From the NCBI RefSeq assembly GCF_035084215.1, contig NC_090362.1, positions 10,230,001-10,294,000 of the forward strand: a DNA stretch of 64,000 nucleotides. The letters run 5' to 3'. A program made the translations under genes and the position numbers. The notes under the pieces were generated by a model that had not been told where the DNA came from, did not search any database, and worked only from the letters and a program-made list of their open reading frames with translations. This DNA comes from Heptranchias perlo. Taxonomy: Eukaryota. Positions 1-11,869 of the stretch are shown here, in pieces. How positions within the stretch are numbered: the stretch's first letter is position 1; each line of letters begins with the position of its first letter.

Positions 1-178
1 ATGAAACGTTACAAGATACGAGTTGGTGTCTCCTGGATTAAATTAGAATGCTCTGAAACTTTATCCACCTAATGTATTTAGTTGTTTCAATTTAAATAAA
101 TTAGATTGAGAATTTACATGAGCACAGAAATTAAAATGCTACTTTATACTTAAAGTAATTGGGGAAAAAATCTAACAG

Positions 179-768
179 CAGGATTGTGCGTGACCGTAAG
201 GTCGCATCTGTCCAGGACTGTGAGTGATCGTGAGGCCGCATCGGTCCAGGACTGTGAGTGATCGTGAGGCCGCATCTGTCCAGGACTGTGCGTGATCGTA
301 AGGCCGCATCTGTCCAGGACTGTGCGTGATCGTAAGGCCGCATCTGTCCAGGACTGTGAGTGATCGTGAGGCCGCATCGGTCCAGGACTGTGAGTGATCG
401 TGAGGCCGCATCTGTCCAGGACTGTGCGTGATCGTAAGGCCGCATCTGTCCAGGACTGTGCGTGATCGTAAGGCCGCATCTGTCCAGGACTGTGAGTGAT
501 CGTAAGGCCGCATCTGTCCAGGACTGTGCGTGATCGTAAGGCCGCATCTGTCCAGGACTGTGCGTGATCGTGAGGCCGCATCTGTCCAGGACTGTGCGTG
601 ATCGTGAGGCCGCATCTGTCCAGGACTGTGCGTGATCGTGAGGCCGCATCTGTCCAGGACTGTGCGTGATCGTGAGGCCGCATCTGTCCAGGACTGTGCG
701 TGATCGTGAGGCCGCATCTGTCCAGGACTGTGCGTGATCGTGAGGCCGCATCTGTCCAGGACTGTGCA
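179..768. repeat. 34-bp minisatellite (TCCAGGACTGTGCGTGATCGTGAGGCCGCATCTG), about 17 copies
   Basis: Exact 34-nt period (TCCAGG at 211, 245, ...) with three binary variant sites and no spacers. Confidence 0.97.
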
Positions 769-1114
769 TGGATGTAAACTGAGGACAGATGTGGGGAGGA
801 GGGCTTCAAAATTCTTCTTCTGTTGCCGAGTAATCTTCTCAGTAGTTTAGTCAACTTTTCAGCGCTCTACTCACACCCCCACCCCCGGAAAATATAGCAG
901 TAAAATGCCGTTTCCTTTAATCTTCTCTGCATTCTAATGTAGGTTGCATTGGTGATGACTGTACTTATCTGAATGACCAAAAGTAAAGTTTAAATAATTT
1001 TTATCAAATCACTGATTTCATGAAAAAGTTTAGCTTTTTTTTGTTTGTGGATGTAGAGAGGTTGGTTGTTTTTATTATGGTGATGTCAGGCACTAGTAAC
1101 ATGATACCCAGAGC

Positions 1115-1498
1115 TTCTGTTTATATAACACCCTTAATATAAAAAAGGTGGTTTACCGAGGTGGGAATAAATTACCAACGCCAAGCCACAGTGGGAGAGT
1201 TAGGCGAGATGACCAAAAACTTGGTTGAAAAGCTGGATTTTATGAAGGCTTTTAAAGTTGGGGAGAGAAGTCAAAAAATGGAGGATTTTAGAGAGAGAAG
1301 GCATTGAATGCTGAATTGGTGGGGCAAAGGGAGGGGGGGATGCATAGAAGACGAAGGGGTATATTAGGGGACATAAAGTGGGAGGAGATTGCAGAAATAG
1401 ACTGTGGAGAGATTTAAAGATGAGGACAAGGATTTTAAATTCAGTGAGTTGTGGGACAGGAGCCAACGTAGGTCAGCAAGACTGGAGTGATGGGCAAG
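1115..1498 (-). mobile_element. L2 LINE 3' fragment, degraded
   Basis: Similar to the L2 ends at 2445 and 14195; encodes an FKILVLIFKSLH motif. Confidence 0.7.
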
Positions 1499-2444
1499 TG
1501 TTATACAATTCCACAGTGTGTCATGTGTTTGCAGATGAATGGAATTTTTCTTTTGCTGACACTGCCCTTCGAGAGTTGGGTCAGTCTTTATTAAGCTGGC
1601 TCCAAAATTCCTTGAAGGTTATTACAGTCTTCCACCATCACTCTAACAGCAGACCAACAGAGACCCCCCAGAAAACAGTAAAGACCCAATTGTGCTAGAT
1701 TTCCACTATTTCTAGGAGTTGCTATTTGCCTTGTAGGGACAGAGCCTTTGTCCACCCCTTAAATGATGGCAAAGGGTGAATCTAGAGGCACAGACTCACA
1801 ATGTAGGAAGTTTCCACCCCTTGGGCTCCATCGGGATCTATAGAAGATTGTATGCCCAGTGCTATGAGATGTATCAACAAATGTGGGCCCCACCTGTAGC
1901 CAAGAAGGCAGCCCGGACCCCCAAAGAAAAGAATTTTTAAAATGTTTTTTTTAAAACAGATTGACCCCCTTATTAAAGGGGCCAAGGGGACCATGGCCAG
2001 GATGGGGGCCCGGACAGGTGCATGCCGGAGTTTCCAGCCACATGGGCAGGCAGCTGTCGGAGGTGTGTCCAGAGTGGTGCATGCACCTGCCTGTCCCATG
2101 GTAATGAGATGCTCTTCCACTGACCCCACTTGCTCTGGTGGGGTCAGTGCTGGATAGCTCTGGTGGGTGCAGTGACCCACCGATATTCAGCCTCCTGTTA
2201 TCCAAATTCAGCACAATCTGTAATGTTTGGTCAGAGCTGCAGGGAGCATCAGGGCCAGTGACCAGGATCCTTTAATTCTCTTAGGTGTGTTCTGAGGGCC
2301 TACAAAGGAGTAGGGTACAGCACCCTCTGTCACAGAATAACCTGCGCTGTGATCAGACTTATTCCTTAATTGCGGGTTGTTGCTAGGCAAAAACGCAAAT
2401 TGTTAGTCACTCACTGTTCAGCAGATTCCCAGAGAGCTCTATTA

Positions 2445-3012
2445 ACAACAATGACTTGCATTTATATAGTGCCTTTAACGTGGTAAAACGTCCCAAGGTG
2501 CTTCACAGAAGCGTTATCAGACAAAATTTGGCACCGAGCCCCATGAAGAGATATTAGGACAGGTGACCAAAAGCTTGGTCAAAGAGGTAGGTTTTAAGGA
2601 GCAACTTAAAGGAGGAGAGAGAGGTGGAGAAGTTTAGGTAGGGAATTTCAGAGCTTAGGGTCTAGGCAGCTGAAGGCACAGCCACCAATGGTGGAGCAAA
2701 GTAAATCGGGGTAGTGTGAGAGGCCAAAATTGGAGGAGCGCAGAGATCTCGGAGGGTTGTAGGGCTGGAGGAGGTTTCAGAGATAGGGAAGGGCGAGGCC
2801 ATGGAGGGATTTGAACACAAGGATGAGAACTGTAAAATCGAGATATTGCTGGACCAGGAACCAATGTAGGTCAGCGAGCATAGGGGTGATGGGTGAACAG
2901 GACTTGGTGCAAGTTAGGATGCGGGCAGCAGAGTTTTGAATGAGCTCACATTTACGGAGAGAGGTAGGCGGGAGGCTAACCAGGAGAACACTGGGATAGT
3001 CAAGTCTGGAGG
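2445..3012 (-). mobile_element. L2 LINE 3' part (continues at about 6053-6215)
   Basis: Tail ...ATATAAATGCAAG(TTG)n-like on the minus strand; motifs SRLDY, IQNSAARILT and ITPMLADLHW. Confidence 0.85.
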
Positions 3013-6000
3013 TGAAAAACATAGGAAGAGGAGTAGACCATTCAGCCCCTCGAGCCTATGCCACCATTCAATGAGATCATGGCTGATCGGTATCCTAACT
3101 CCATCCACCCTCCTTGGCTCCATATCCCTTAATACCCTTGGCTAGCAAAAATCTATCGATCTCAGATTTAAAATTATTAATTGAGCTAGCATCTACTGCT
3201 TTTTGTGCGAGAGAGTTCTACCACCCTTTGTGTGAAAAAGTGTTTCCTAACTTCTCTCCTGAATGGCCTGGCTCTGATTTTAAGGTTCTGTTCCCATGTC
3301 CTAGACTCCCCCACCAGCAGAAAAAAAGTTTCTCTCTATCTACCCTATCAATTTCTTTCAAAATCCTAAAAACCTCAATCAAATCACCCCTTAACCTTCT
3401 ATATTCCAGGGAATACAAGCCTAATTTATGTAATCTCTCCTCATAATCTAGCCTTTGGAGCCCTGGTAACATTCTGGTGAATCTGCGCTGCATTCCTTCC
3501 AAGGCCAATATATCCTTTCTATGGTGCCGTGCCCAGAACTGTACACAGTACTCCAGATGTGGTCTAACCAGGGCTTTGTACAGCTGTAACAAAACTTCCT
3601 CCCCTTTATATTCTAGCCCTCTAGTTATAAAGGCTGACGTTCCATTAGCAATTTTGATTATTTTTTTGTACTACATTTTAGTGATTTGTGTACATGAACC
3701 CCTAAATCTCTTTCGGCCTCCATTGTTCCTAGCTTTTTACCATTTAAAAAATGCTCTGATTTTTTTTTTGGTCCAAAATGGAGACCTCACACTCACTCAC
3801 CTGTGTTGAAATCCATCTGCCACAGTTTTTCCCTCTCACTTAATCTATCAATGACTCTTTGTAATTTTATGCTCCCGTTTACGCTACTTACTTGCCACTA
3901 ATCTTTGTGTTATCGACTAACTTGAATATATAGCTCCATATTGTGTTATCTAAATCATTAATAAGTGTAGCGAATAGTTGAGGCCCCAGCACAGATTTTT
4001 GTGGGCCCACTTCCTTTCAATTCAAGTACATACCCATTATCTCTACTCTCTGTCTTCTAACGCATAACCAATCTCCTAATCAGGTCAATAATTTGCCTTC
4101 AATTCCACGAGCTTTAATTTTAGCTAACAGTCCCTTATGTGGAACCTTATCGAATGCCTTCTGGAAGTCCATATAAACAACAGCCAAAGACATTCCCCTG
4201 TCTACTTCTTTAGTTACTTCCTCAAAAAATTCAATTTGTTTCGCTAGACATTACCTACCCTTTACAAATCCATGTTGGCTATCTCTAATCAGCTCAAATT
4301 TCTCTGTGCTCAGTCACTCTTTACTTAATTATAGATTCCAATAACTTCCCCACAACAGATGTTAGACTAACAGGCCTATAATTTCCTAGTTTCTCTCTCT
4401 TTCCTTTCTTAAATAATGGAGTTACATTTGCAACTTTCCAATCTAAAGGGACAATTCCTGAATCGAGAGAGCTTTGGAAGATTATGGCTAAAGCATCTGC
4501 AATTTCCTCACCTATTTCCTTTAAAACCCTAGGGTGGAAACCATCAGGTCCTGGGGATTTGTCAGTCTTCAGTGCCATTATTTGTTCTAATATTGTTTTC
4601 TTGCTTACGTTAACTTTGGTGAGTTCCAGTCCTTGATTCATTATTTAGTTTCCCTGGAATATCGGGTATTTTATACTCTTATTCTACTGTGAAGACTGAC
4701 ACAAAGTAATTGTTCAACAAGTCTGGCATTTCCTTATTTTCATTTGCAATATTACCCACATCTGTTTTTTGGTTACCCTTTCTCTTCTAATATAATTGTA
4801 AAAACTTTTTGTGTTAATCTTGATATCCCTCACAAGTTTCTTTTCGTATTCCCTTTTTGCAGCTCTTACTATCTTTTTTGTCTTTCTCTGCTGTTCTTTA
4901 TATCTCTCCCAGTCCCCTGGATCTACACTATTCTTTGCACTTTTTTACGCTCTTTCCTTTAGTTTTATGTTATCTCTCACCTCTTTTGTCGACCATGGCT
5001 GTTTTATTTGGTAAGTAGTGCTCTTGCCCCTTAGGGGTATATATTGGCCCTGTATTGGATAGATCGGGAAATGTTGATGTACAAAGGGACCTGGGTAAAC
5101 ATGCAGGTGCAGCAAACAGTTCGGAAGGCAAATGGTATGTTGGCCTTCATTGCAAGAGGATTTGAGTACAGGAGCAAGGATGTCTTACTACAGTTATGCA
5201 GGGCCTTGGTGAGACCGCACCTGGAGTATTGTGTGCAGTTTTGGTCTCCTTACCTAAGAGAGGATATACTTGCCACAGAGGGAGTGCAGCGAAGGTTCAC
5301 CCGACTGATTCCTGGGGTGGCAGGACTGTTTTATGAGGAGAGATTGGGTCAACTCGCCTTGTATTCACTCGAGTTTAGAAGAATGAGAGGGAATCTCATT
5401 GAAACATATAAAATTCTGACAGGGCTAGACAGACTGGATGCAGGGAGGATGTTTTCCCAGGCTGGGGGTCCAGAACAAGGGGTCACAGTCTCAGGGTACG
5501 GGGTAGGACATTTAGGACTGAGATGAGGAGAAATTTCTTCACTCAGAGGGTGGTGAACCTGTGGAATTCTCTACCACGGAAGGCTGTGGAGGCCAAGTCA
5601 CTGAATATATTTAAGAAGGAGCTAGATAGATTTCTAGACACAAAAGGCATCAAGGGGTATGGGGAGAGAGCGGGAATATGGTATTGAGATAGAGGATCAG
5701 CCATGATCATATTGAATGGCGGAGCAGGCTCGAAGGGCTGAATGGCCTACTCCTGCTCCTAATTTCTATGTTTCTATTAGGCTAAATTCTTTTTTGAACA
5801 CCTCCCACTGTTCATCTGTAGTTTTACCCGATAACAATTTTGACCAGTCTATGTCTCATCCCATTAAAGTTAACTGTACCAAAATCTAGAATCTTAGTAA
5901 CTGTGTTAAGTTTCTCCCTTTCAAACCTATTGAATTTGATCATCTTATGATCACTGTTAGACTATTAACTAAGTCTGGCTCATTATTCATTACTAAATCT

Positions 6001-6052
6001 AGTCCGGCCTGCCCTCTTGTTGGTTCTCAAACATATTGCTCCAGAAAACTAG
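3013..6052 (-). mobile_element. CR1 LINE ORF2 (RT to 3' end), inserted in the L2 and itself interrupted at about 5051-5777
   Basis: ORFs with KSPGPDGFHPRVLKE, NYRPVSLTSVVGKLLE, LYKALVRPHLEYCVQFW and RRLRGDLIEVF. Confidence 0.9.
5051..5777 (+). mobile_element. 5'-truncated CR1 LINE nested in an older CR1
   Basis: ORF with KANGMLAFIARGFEYRSK...VRPHLEYCVQFWSP and a (TTTCTATG)n tail. Confidence 0.92.
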
Positions 6053-6215
6053 ACCAAGGATGAGGGTTTCAGCCGCAGATGGACTGAGGCAGGGGCGGAG
6101 ACAGGCGGATATTACGGAGGTGGAAGGAGGTGGTCTTGGAGATGCAGAGAATATGGGGTCAGAAGCTCAGCTCAAGGTCAAATAGGACACCTAGGCTGTG
6201 TCAGTGTGGTTCAGT
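6053..6215 (-). mobile_element. Remainder of the L2 split by the CR1 insertion
   Basis: Resumes the L2 sequence (GGATGAGGGTTTCAGC), colinear with the uninterrupted copy at about 14770. Confidence 0.75.
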
Positions 6216-8177
6216 CCGATCGGCCGAATTTGTCGGCCACAATGTTTACTACAGCCAGTTATTACAGGTTGTGGCATTCTTCCTCACCATCAGAGGAACG
6301 TTCTTACAGGCTGGCCGTGCACCATCAGAGATAACCCTGTAAAGGAACTGAGCTCTTAGAATAGGTAAGGTCCAGGAATGAGAGAGAAATGTATCAATAA
6401 GAAGTCCAGATCAATGGGAACCCTTTGCTTATAAGCCAGTTTGAGATTTTTTCAGGTGCCTCCCATTTCCCTTTTAGATTATTCCCTGTCCTTTGCAGGT
6501 GGAACGAAGATTCCCCATAGTCGAGCTTTTGGCCCAGATACCAGCCCTGCATCAGCAAAGTGGCAACTCAGACGTCCTAAGACGACCTTTCAGGGTTTCA
6601 AACCTTCTGACAGCTGGGAAGGTATGTGGCCAGAATGCCAATAATAATTGTATTTGCACGAGTTTCACATGCAGAACTGCTTTAAGGTCACACTTATAAC
6701 TTTTGAGCACCTACAAATGCAAATCTCCCATATGTGCAGTTCTATTACTGTCTAAACCACAATGCAGTATAAACTGGGTGACTGGACACAACAGGAACCA
6801 GAACCAGGAGAAACCATAGTATAAAAGGACATTAAGAAGTCTAGCATTTCTCTGCTTCAGTTCCGACTCACTGGTACTTTTCAGACAAGTTATTTCACGT
6901 GAATTTATGCAGCATTTGAAATTCTCGGCAGCCTGGGCTATGAAAATACCAGCTGAGTTACTTTATTTCGAATGCTGGAAGTCTTTTTGGACCCCTGTTT
7001 TTACCTTCTGGAATTTCTGATGTCGATAAGAATCTAACCTGGCACCAAACCACTGAGATAACTACATGGCGTATTCTTGCTCCTCATTGCTTTGGTTGGT
7101 GGGTGATCAGTGAAAGAAATTAATGTCACAGGCAGACTGGAACAACCTGACAACAATTTACCTGCTACCAGCAACTGAAATCAGCTCCCCAAATGAGCTG
7201 AACCATGCATCGCAATGTTTTACCCTCAAAGTCTGTTAGATATTTATTAAACTGACTCTTCTCCTTGCTACTTCACAAACAGCCACCTCCCTAAGGTGGA
7301 GACCCTCAACTCAACCTCATAACAAAACGTAGACTCTCAATCAACACACCATCCTCTGTCCAACTCTACACAGACAACTACTGTCCTTCACAAAGAGAGG
7401 ATGCTCATTTTCCAAATGTGCCGACTTACAAAATATCACTTTGGTGATTGACATTTCCCTGGTGACTGATTTACATAATAAACATGCAACATGATCATCT
7501 TTAAACCTTTGTGTGATGAAGAGGAGGATCTGTGCAGTATTCTTATAATGGTGATGTCATAAGCAACTGGCACAACGATGCAGTTAAATTCGATTTTACG
7601 TGGGTGTATCTTGTGTTTAGTAAACAATTCAAAAAGATTTTGCCAAATACTTTTTTTTCATGCAGACTATGTCCCTTTAAACATCTCACACTCAGAAATA
7701 CACACTCTCACACACACACACACACAGTATTCTCCCCAACCTGAGACACCAGATGATGTAAGCAGGATGAGTTATTGAAGCAATGGTACAGTTATACAGG
7801 AGAGATTTCAGTTTGAAACTAAGCAGGTATTTGTGAACATGTTTATAAAACGCTCTGGGACAGGTACTGCTCTTGGTAAATACACAGTTCAAACACAATG
7901 AAACACCTCGGGTGAGAATCCTGCTGGTGATTAGTGCTGTGTATGTGATCCATCTATCTAATAGCTGGGTTTAACGGTTGGTCTGCACAATAGTTACAAA
8001 ACTTCAACACAATCATGAGGTTCTGATGATAAAGTGTATAAGCTACAAATGAGCAGTCGATCTATTCATCATGTTGCAATCTGTAACTCCCTCCAATGCA
8101 GCTGTTAAATGATATTTATATATTAATAATATATTCAAAATGGTACAGCAATGCATTGCACATGTCGAACTTTGTTA

Positions 8178-8480
8178 AGGGGTCACAGTCTCAGGATACG
8201 GGGTAGGACGTTTAGGACTGAGATGAAGAGAAATTTCTTCACTCCAGAGGGTGTGAACCTGTGGAATTCTCCACCACAGAAGGCTGTGGAGGCCAAGTCA
8301 CTGAATATATTTAAGAAGGAGCTCGATAGATTTCTAGACACAAAAGGCATCAAGGGGTTTGGGGAGAAAGCGGGAATATGGTATTGAGATAGAGGATCAG
8401 CCATGATCATATTGAATGGCGGAGCAGGCTCGAAGGGCCGAATGGCCTACTCCTGCTCCTATTTTCTATGTTTCTATGTT
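8178..8480 (+). mobile_element. CR1 3' end
   Basis: Near-identical to about 5480-5777, with the same (TTTCTATG)n tail. Confidence 0.92.
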
Positions 8481-8609
8481 TGTTATAGATTCAAAACAAT
8501 CTTAAAATTCTGGGTGCTTCTTAACTGCAACCTGAAACTGACGAGCATATTCCAATCTGAAAAATTCCCTAACCAAACAACAATTAAACTCTAGTTGACC
8601 TGAACTTGT

Positions 8610-9053
8610 GTTTATTTTTTTATTCATTCATGGGATGTGGGCGTCGCTGGCAAGGCCAGCATTTATTGCCCATCCCCAATTGCCCTTGAGAAGGTGGTGG
8701 TGGGCCTTCTTCTTGAACCGCTGCTGTCCATGTGGTGAAGGGGCTCCCGTAGTGCTGTTAGGTAGGGAGTTCTGGGATTTTGACCCAGCAATAATGAAGG
8801 AACGGTGATATATTTCCAAGTCAGGATGGTGTGTGACTTGGAGGGGAACTTGGCAGTGATGGTGTTCCCATGCACCTGCTGCCCTTGTCCTGATAGGTGG
8901 TGGAGATCGATGAATTGGGAAGTGCTGCTAAAGAAGCCTTAGCGAGTTGCTGCAGTGTATCCTGTGGATGGTACACACTGCAGCCACGGTGCACCGGAGG
9001 TGGAGGGAGTGGGTGTTTAAGCTGGTGGATGGACTGCCGATCAAGCGGGCTGC
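8610..9053 (-). mobile_element. 3' end of a second, distinct LINE family ('family B', CR1/Jockey group)
   Basis: Matches copies at 38290 and 51400; motif SFIIAGSKSQNSLP...FKKKAHHHLLKGN. Confidence 0.85.
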
Positions 9054-9298
9054 TTACTTAACAAGAATTAAAAGGTTGCAGTCTTAAAGGGACGCCACTG
9101 CAATTTAATAGATTTAGACATTGTGGATACACATGCCATAACATTATAAAACAGTCTATCATCCAATTTAGCATGAGCAATGGCACAGGAAATCTGCTAG
9201 CATTGAGATAAAAAGACAAACTGGTTGCAAAGAATCTCAGAGAATCAGAAACAAAGCTGGAAATATACAGGCCTGTCAGTATCTGGAAAAAAAGGTCG

Positions 9299-9652
9299 TT
9301 TCTCTTTCCAACTTTCTTCCCAACTCTCCTGGATGCGTTGACTCTTGCTGGGATAAGGTTCCACAGACAGCAGTCAAATTTGGTACCTCATCCAGGTGTT
9401 AATTCAGACGGTGAGTTTTGCAGACGCTTCCACCTGTTCTCGCCCAACATACTTTCCAGCAGGAGTCACCAGACAGTGATCTGAAGTGGAAACCTTGGTT
9501 GATTTTACTCGCCCCACTCAAAGAGACTGCAGCCGATTGTCGCTCCCAGCAGAGATAGGCGAACTCGGCAAAGGGCAGGGATGAAACCTGAGACCTTCCC
9601 GGACTTTGTGGCTGAGCGACTCACCCGATTGACGGTGAGCAATTGGGGGAGC
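9299..9652 (-). mobile_element. LF-SINE-like element
   Basis: The reverse complement resembles the LF-SINE consensus as I recall it: head ..GCCACAAAGTCCGGGAAGGTCTCAGGTT.., core ..AAAATCAACCAAGGTTTCCACTTCAGATCACTGTCTGGTGACTCCTGCTGGAAAGT.., 3' ..CCCAGCAAGAGTCAAC.. Confidence 0.75.
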
Positions 9653-10158
9653 TCAAGAAAGGCAGGTTAACATTTGGAGTGGAAACCTACATCACGATTA
9701 GTTCCATAATCTAATTTCTACCAGTGATAGTTTTAAAATTAGATGATGATAGGGAGAAGAGGTATCTGTATAACCCATTTTATGATGAAAACTCAGCTGG
9801 ATCCCAGGGCATGAAGAACCAGTGTAATCATTGTATTTAAAAATAATTTGATAGTAGAATTTACTGTCACTTTATCATGGAGCAAAAGGCATCAAATATA
9901 AAAACCCGGCTAACAGATCCATCTTTCCGTCTGACCTGGGTGCCAGTAACACCGAGAAAAGGCAGTTTCCTTTTGGTGGGATCCAGTGGTGTCCCCACGT
10001 TAAGGAAGAGAACTGTCAGAGGATGTACCGACCGTCACACAGATTCTATTTATTGCCTTTTACTTCACACTAACTTTTCCAACTCCAGAGAGCCAGGAGC
10101 TGCGGGATCTGTCACAGCGACAGGGACCCAATCACTTTATAAAACTTCTCAAACTTAC

Positions 10159-10196
10159 TTCCCGCAAACTTTAAACAAACTGGTTATTCTTGCCAT
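10159..10196 (-). CDS. Candidate first coding segment (MARITSLFKVCG+AA) of the leftward gene
   Basis: ATGG at 10196 runs open to a consensus gtaagt donor. No convincing downstream coding exon was found, so this may be UTR. Confidence 0.3.
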
Positions 10197-10229
10197 GAAT
10201 CTCTCTCTCTCTCTCTCTCTACCTGGGCT

Positions 10230-10640
10230 GATCCCCTGCAGCCGGATCCTCAGCGCTCCGATCCCAGGCACTTTGGCAGCATTACTTTGATCTAGTTCTA
10301 GGAGGGTGAGTGCTGCGCTCCACGATGTCGGGCTGCAGGACCCAGCGTTGCCCGGGTTCCAGCACCAATCCGCGGGTGTAGAGTTACTCTCCGGCCGTTG
10401 CTGCTACTTGTTCCAGTTCTGTAGGAGCCGCTCTGAGCTCCCGGCTGGCTCCGGCTGCTGGACCCGGCTGCCGATGCCCTCTGGCGGGCTCCCAGAGCAC
10501 AACAGCCGCTTCTCATGAGAGGGCTGTTACCACGCCCCCGGCCACCGGCTTCATCCAGCATCAGACCCCAAACCCTAGTCTGGGAGGGAGAATGCTGCGC
10601 TGGTGGAAGGGTCAGAGAGCAGTGGCCGTGTGAGAAATCC
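10230..10640 (-). promoter_or_regulatory. CpG island / probable promoter and 5' exon of a second gene transcribed leftward
   Basis: GC- and CpG-dense unique sequence in a CpG-depleted background. Sp/KLF-like ACCACGCCCC at about 10530. Minus-strand donor-like sites after 10223 (cag|gtagag) and 10159 (aa|gtaagt). Confidence 0.55.
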
Positions 10641-11224
10641 CTGGACAGTTTGTAGCCTGTGTTCTGTGCATCTTTCCTCAACCTGTCACTTCTATTTCTA
10701 GGTGTGACAAGAGTTCAGATGCTTCCATCTGGGTTCTTGGGTGTAAATGCAATCGATAACGAAAGATTATTCTGCAACTGTTTCTAACTCACAGGCACTA
10801 GGATAGTGGTTGCTGTATGTCAAATTTTCATCTATGTTTCTTTGAAATGTAATAAAGAAGCCCTGTGCAGAACGATCGTGTTAATCTCAGTATAATATTT
10901 CTGGCCTCCTAATGTTTACTACCCCCCACTGTTAATAATCTGGTGTACATTATGTATAATAAATGTGTACTACTCCTTCTGTTCAGTAATCCTGATAAAT
11001 AATCACAGTGCATAATAATCTCAATGTATAATAATCCATGCATAATAGACAGATTATAATCTGAATGCACAAATATCCCAGTGTTCAATCATCTCCATGC
11101 ATAATTATTCTGGTGTTCAATGACTTCTGATGTACAATAGGATCACACAAAAGTACAGGACTGGAAAAGACTCTGCAGTCCATCTGGCCAGTCCCAAAAA
11201 CTAATACTCCACAATCGCCCATTA

Positions 11225-11868
11225 AGTCTACAGCACAGAAACAGGCCATTCGGCCCAACTGGTCTATGCCAGCGTTTATGCCTCCTTCCTCCCTACTTCA
11301 TCTAACCCTATCAGCCTACCCTTCTATTCCTTTTCCCTTTGAGTGCTTATCGAGATTCCCCTTACATGCATCTATGCTATTTGCCTCAATATAAGGCCAT
11401 TAAAAAGGCAAACTAAGCACTGGGATTCATATCTAGAGGGCTAGAACTGAAAGGCAGAGAAATTATGTTAAACTTTTATAGAACCTTGGTTAGACCACAT
11501 TTGGAGTAGTGTGCACAGTTCTGGTCTCCGTATTATAGAAAGGATAAAGAGGCATTGGAGAGGGTGCAAAAAAGATTCACAAGGATGATACCAGAACTGA
11601 GAGGAGCTACTTATCAGAAAAGACTGAACAGGCTGGGGTAACCCATTCCACATTCTTGCCACTCTTTGGGTAAAGAAGTTTCTCCTGAATTCCCTATTGG
11701 ATTTATTAGTGACTGTCTTATATTTATGGCCCCTAGTGTTGGTCTCCCCCACAAGTGGAAACATTTTCTCTGCGAGTACCCTATCAAACCCTATCATTAT
11801 CTTAAAGACCTCTATCAGGTCACCCCTCAGCTTTCTCTTTTCTAGAGAAAAGAGTCCCAGCCTGTTCC
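11225..11868 (-). mobile_element. CR1 3' end with an internal inverted CR1 segment (about 11386-11640 on +)
   Basis: RLGLFSLEKRKLRGDLIEVF on the minus strand; an LVRPHLE..FWSP-type segment on the plus strand. Confidence 0.85.
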
Positions 11869-11869
11869 C

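Noticed and set aside
179-768. 34-bp repeat array as a CRISPR array
   Set aside because: Units are head-to-tail with no unique spacers, there are no cas genes, and the context is vertebrate.
6288-6337. Possible second exon of the leftward gene (KVISDGARPA..)
   Set aside because: Phase-compatible but short, with a weak acceptor and no independent support.
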